A stretch of 64,000 bases of DNA from an uncultured delta proteobacterium (GTDB taxonomy: Bacteria; Myxococcota_A; Polyangia; Polyangiales; Houyiibacteriaceae): the NCBI GenBank assembly GCA_963699755.1, contig CAVOVB010000001.1, positions 1,887,989-1,951,988 on the forward strand. Reading direction: 5' to 3'. The position numbers were made by a program, and so were the translations under genes. Of this stretch, positions 61,432 through 64,000 are shown piece after piece. The notes beneath the pieces are model-generated. The model worked only from the letters and a program-made list of their open reading frames with translations. It did no database searches and was not told the DNA's origin. How positions within the stretch are numbered: the stretch's first letter is position 1; each line of letters opens with the position of its first letter.

Positions 61432-62796
61432 TCAGCAAGCCCAGACGTTGTCGAGCTCAGGGGATGCCCGGGCAGGCGCGAGCTGGACTGGGTCTGAGGG
61501 AAGATCGAGATGGCGGAGGATTCGGCGGATGGCGCTTGAGAGCAGGATCGCAGCCACGAACCGGAGGCGCTCACCACGATCGGGGCATTCGAGCACGTCG
61601 ATGTCGAGCCCACGTCGCATGAGCTCAGCCCGGGTGCGATTGCGCGAATCGACGACCTTCTTCGGAGTGCTTGCGGATGATGCCTTCTCAACTTGCGCAC
61701 GGCCGAAGTCCACGACCTCCCCTCGCCACTTGGGGTTTGGCGCGGGCACGCCGCGATAGCCGATGAGGTTCACGTACGGGCGGGGAGTCAGGGCAGCGAG
61801 CTTTTCGAGGAGCTCGAACGGCTGAAGGGCCATGTGGCTCGTCCCATCACGCCATGGCGTCTTGAGCCGCACGAGCACGTTTCCATCCGGCCTAAAGGAC
61901 AAGCGGTCCTCGGCGACGGGCGGACGGAGCAGATACCGGCAACGGCGCTCGGGCTTGGGGCGGTTCTTGGCGCGGACGGAGGTGTTCGCGTGAAGGTCGA
62001 AACCACCGTGGCGGGCTTGTCACGGACCTTTCGGGGAAGCGGGTTGCGCCGTCGACGCGTCTCCGAGGCGGAGCACGGTTGCACCTGCGCGTCGTCCCAT
62101 GGCGACTCGTTGACGGACGGCCGCAGCGTAGAGCGCGTGCAATGGCGGCTGCGAAGGAGAGCAAGCCGTCCGGTTCTCGAACGAAGACCCCGTCGAGCGC
62201 GAGCGTATGAAAGTGCACGTTCAGGTTCAGCGTGCCACCAAAGCGCTGAATGACCGTCACCGTGCCGGTGAGGCCGCCTCGGTGGCCCGATGCCTTGGCT
62301 CGCTTTCGGTAGAAGCCCTGCAGTGCGCGCGCGTAGACCGCGAGCACCGCGCAGCAGAGATGGTGATCCGAGGCAAGCCGATAGCGAAGCTCGAAGGGAA
62401 GGCTCAGAGCCCACTGCCGCACCGGGGCCCGCGGAAGCACGTGGTCAATGAGATGCGCAGCGCGCTCGGTCATCCGACGGCCGCCGCAGCTTGGGCAAAA
62501 GCCCCGACCTTTGCAGGAGAACGCAACCAACCGATCGGTACCTCAGCCCGTACACCGAAGGCGGCCAAAGTCATGCGTGAGCATGCCGCAGCGAGCGAAT
62601 CGCTGAAACTCGCGCTTCACGAACAAGGGGGCGCCACGCGCGTGCTCACGTCGATCGAGCTCCCAGAGGAAGGTCTGAGGGTGCTCGCGGACAATGCGGT
62701 GGAGCACCCCCATGCTCCGGAGCGCGACGCACGTACGATCGGGTACTCGGCCCGCTCGTAGCTGCGGCGTGAAGCTCCACGACGACGGTGCGCCAT
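61432..62796 (-). pseudogene. IS91/ISCR-type Y2 transposase with Zn-binding domain; in-frame stop and frameshifts
   Basis: VAFSCKGRGFCPSCGGRRM, RQWALSLP, IQRFG...NVHFH, LKTPWRDGT and LEKLAALTPRP; TGA at 62543-62545. Confidence 0.88.
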
Positions 62797-63087
62797 CAAG
62801 ACTCGTGCCGTTGTCCGGCCCACCTTTTTCAACGCGTTTCATTTAGACCGCTCCGAAGCCAAGTGGCGAACGGCGTCAGACTAGTGGCGGCTGCCATCCT
62901 CGGCACGTGTGTCGCTTTGCTCTCCCTGATGCCCCCGCTGCGAATAAGCCGAAGGCGTTGAGCTCGGCATGCGGGGATTGGGATATCTTCGATGTCTTAC
63001 AATCCCACATCTTGCCCCAACCAAGTCGGGTCCCTTTTGACGCACAATGAATCTATTTGGAGTTCTTTGCGCCACTCTGAATCGCAA

Positions 63088-63134
63088 TGACTCCGATTGC
63101 TTTGAAATGACACAAACAGAGTCAATCGGAGTCA
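63088..63134. repeat. 12-bp perfect inverted repeat in AT-richer intergenic region
   Basis: TGACTCCGATTG-N23-CAATCGGAGTCA. Confidence 0.6.
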
Positions 63135-63336
63135 GATCGAACCAGTTCTGAGCAAAATTGCGCAACACGATTCAGAAAAGAGCAAAACGAGTCATTCCGC
63201 GTCATCACGATCCACGAATATAGTTCGGTCCCCCGGACAACTTTTTGGGGGGCAAAACCGATAATAGGGGTGTGACCGAAAGCCTGTATTCAGATCAGTT
63301 TTCCGCTGAACCTCCTCCGGGCGAAGCTCGGGGACA

Positions 63337-63675
63337 TTGACGGGCGACTCATCGCGTCAGAAAACCGCAGCTCCCGAATCGCCCCTGCTGACAAGGGACG
63401 AAGCAGCGGGGTATTGTCGAGTAGGGCTGCGCACGTTTGATCGGCGCGTCGCACCTCAGGTGCGTGGGCTTTGCATCGGAGCTCGCCGCTTCTTTGACCG
63501 AAGGGATATCGATAGATGGCTCGAAACGCAGAAGGATGGACACTCCACCGGGATCCGCGAACGAAGACCTTCACGGTCCGGTTCAGGGCTGCCGGGAAGC
63601 GTTGTCATCGATCCACTGGCGAAACAGATCGCGCGGCGGCTCAAGAAGAAGCTGCTCGAATCGTCCGAGAGGTGA
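63337..63675 (+). CDS. Excisionase-like helix-turn-helix protein
   Basis: LLTRDEAAGYCRVGLRTFDR...RRFFDRRDIDRWL; GTGA overlap with the integrase. Confidence 0.8.
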   Translation: MTGDSSRQKTAAPESPLLTRDEAAGYCRVGLRTFDRRVAPQVRGLCIGARRFFDRRDIDRWLETQKDGHSTGIRERRPSRSGSGLPGSVVIDPLAKQIARRLKKKLLESSER

Positions 63676-64000
63676 CGCTCGAGCCCGCTGTCGTCGGGGC
63701 TGCGCCGGGGCTGGACGTGAGTCTGCCGGAGCTTTTCGGACGCTGGTTGGCGGCGATGAGCGCCGAGGTGTCGGCCGACACGGTTCGGTGTTGGGAGACC
63801 TATGCGGCCGCGCATCTCATCCCGTTCTTCGAAACGGCGCAGGACCTTTGCTCGGATGCTCGCTTAGGAGACTACATGCGGTATCGCCTCACGAAGGTGA
63901 AACGAACGACGCTCAAGAAGGAGCTGAGCGCCCTGAACCGCCTCTTCGACTGGATGGTCGAGCAGAAGCTTCTCGGGACCAAGCCAACGATTCCGCGGAT
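63672..64000 (+). CDS. int: Tyrosine integrase, N-terminal core-binding domain (truncated by window end)
   Basis: My translation gives ...YAAAHLIPFF...YMRYRLTKVKRTTLKKELSALNRLFDWMVEQ, a SAM-like integrase domain pattern following xis. Confidence 0.75.
   Translation, partial: MTLEPAVVGAAPGLDVSLPELFGRWLAAMSAEVSADTVRCWETYAAAHLIPFFETAQDLCSDARLGDYMRYRLTKVKRTTLKKELSALNRLFDWMVEQKLLGTKPTIPR

Larger units (their letters stand above)
61214..62796 (-). mobile_element. Decayed ISCR/IS91-family rolling-circle element
   Basis: Transposase pseudogene plus downstream GCGTTTGTTTTTCCTATC (61233-61216, minus strand), resembling the ISCR oriIS consensus GCGTTTGAAYTTCCTATAC. Confidence 0.75.
47489..64000. mobile_element. 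Integrative mobilizable element/genomic island at tRNA-Leu (right end beyond window)
   Basis: att half-tRNA at left, mobC-relaxase, cargo genes, and xis-like plus integrase genes at right. Confidence 0.82.

Overview
High-GC bacterial chromosome segment. The gene content points to a Myxococcota/Polyangiales-like organism (myxobacterial Cys-rich/fibro-slime lipoprotein, ECF-FecR module, GS-linker lipoproteins); this taxonomy is inference. Many otherwise intact genes carry single-base frameshifts, so some are probably assembly errors. From 1-9.7 kb lies an inorganic-carbon uptake locus: alpha-carbonic anhydrase plus a sulP-dabA-dabB-nuoM-like operon. It is headed by a secreted leader ORF ending in RGPP, whose G-P-P-S codons are perfectly complementary to the sulP Shine-Dalgarno region, making it a candidate arrest-peptide attenuator. 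10-19 kb holds lipid metabolism genes, 23-35 kb ion/osmotic homeostasis genes (three MscS, CorA, CPA1 antiporter, a large membrane P-loop ATPase), and 35-47 kb accessory envelope genes and remnants. From 47.5 kb to the window end is an integrative mobilizable element inserted in tRNA-Leu (att, mobC-relaxase, xis-int). Its cargo is a light-adaptation cassette (DTE xanthorhodopsin-type pump, blh, photolyase/cryptochrome, Nei, sirtuin, NDH-2) bracketed by direct copies of a 65-bp dif-like repeat, next to a decayed ISCR/IS91-like element.
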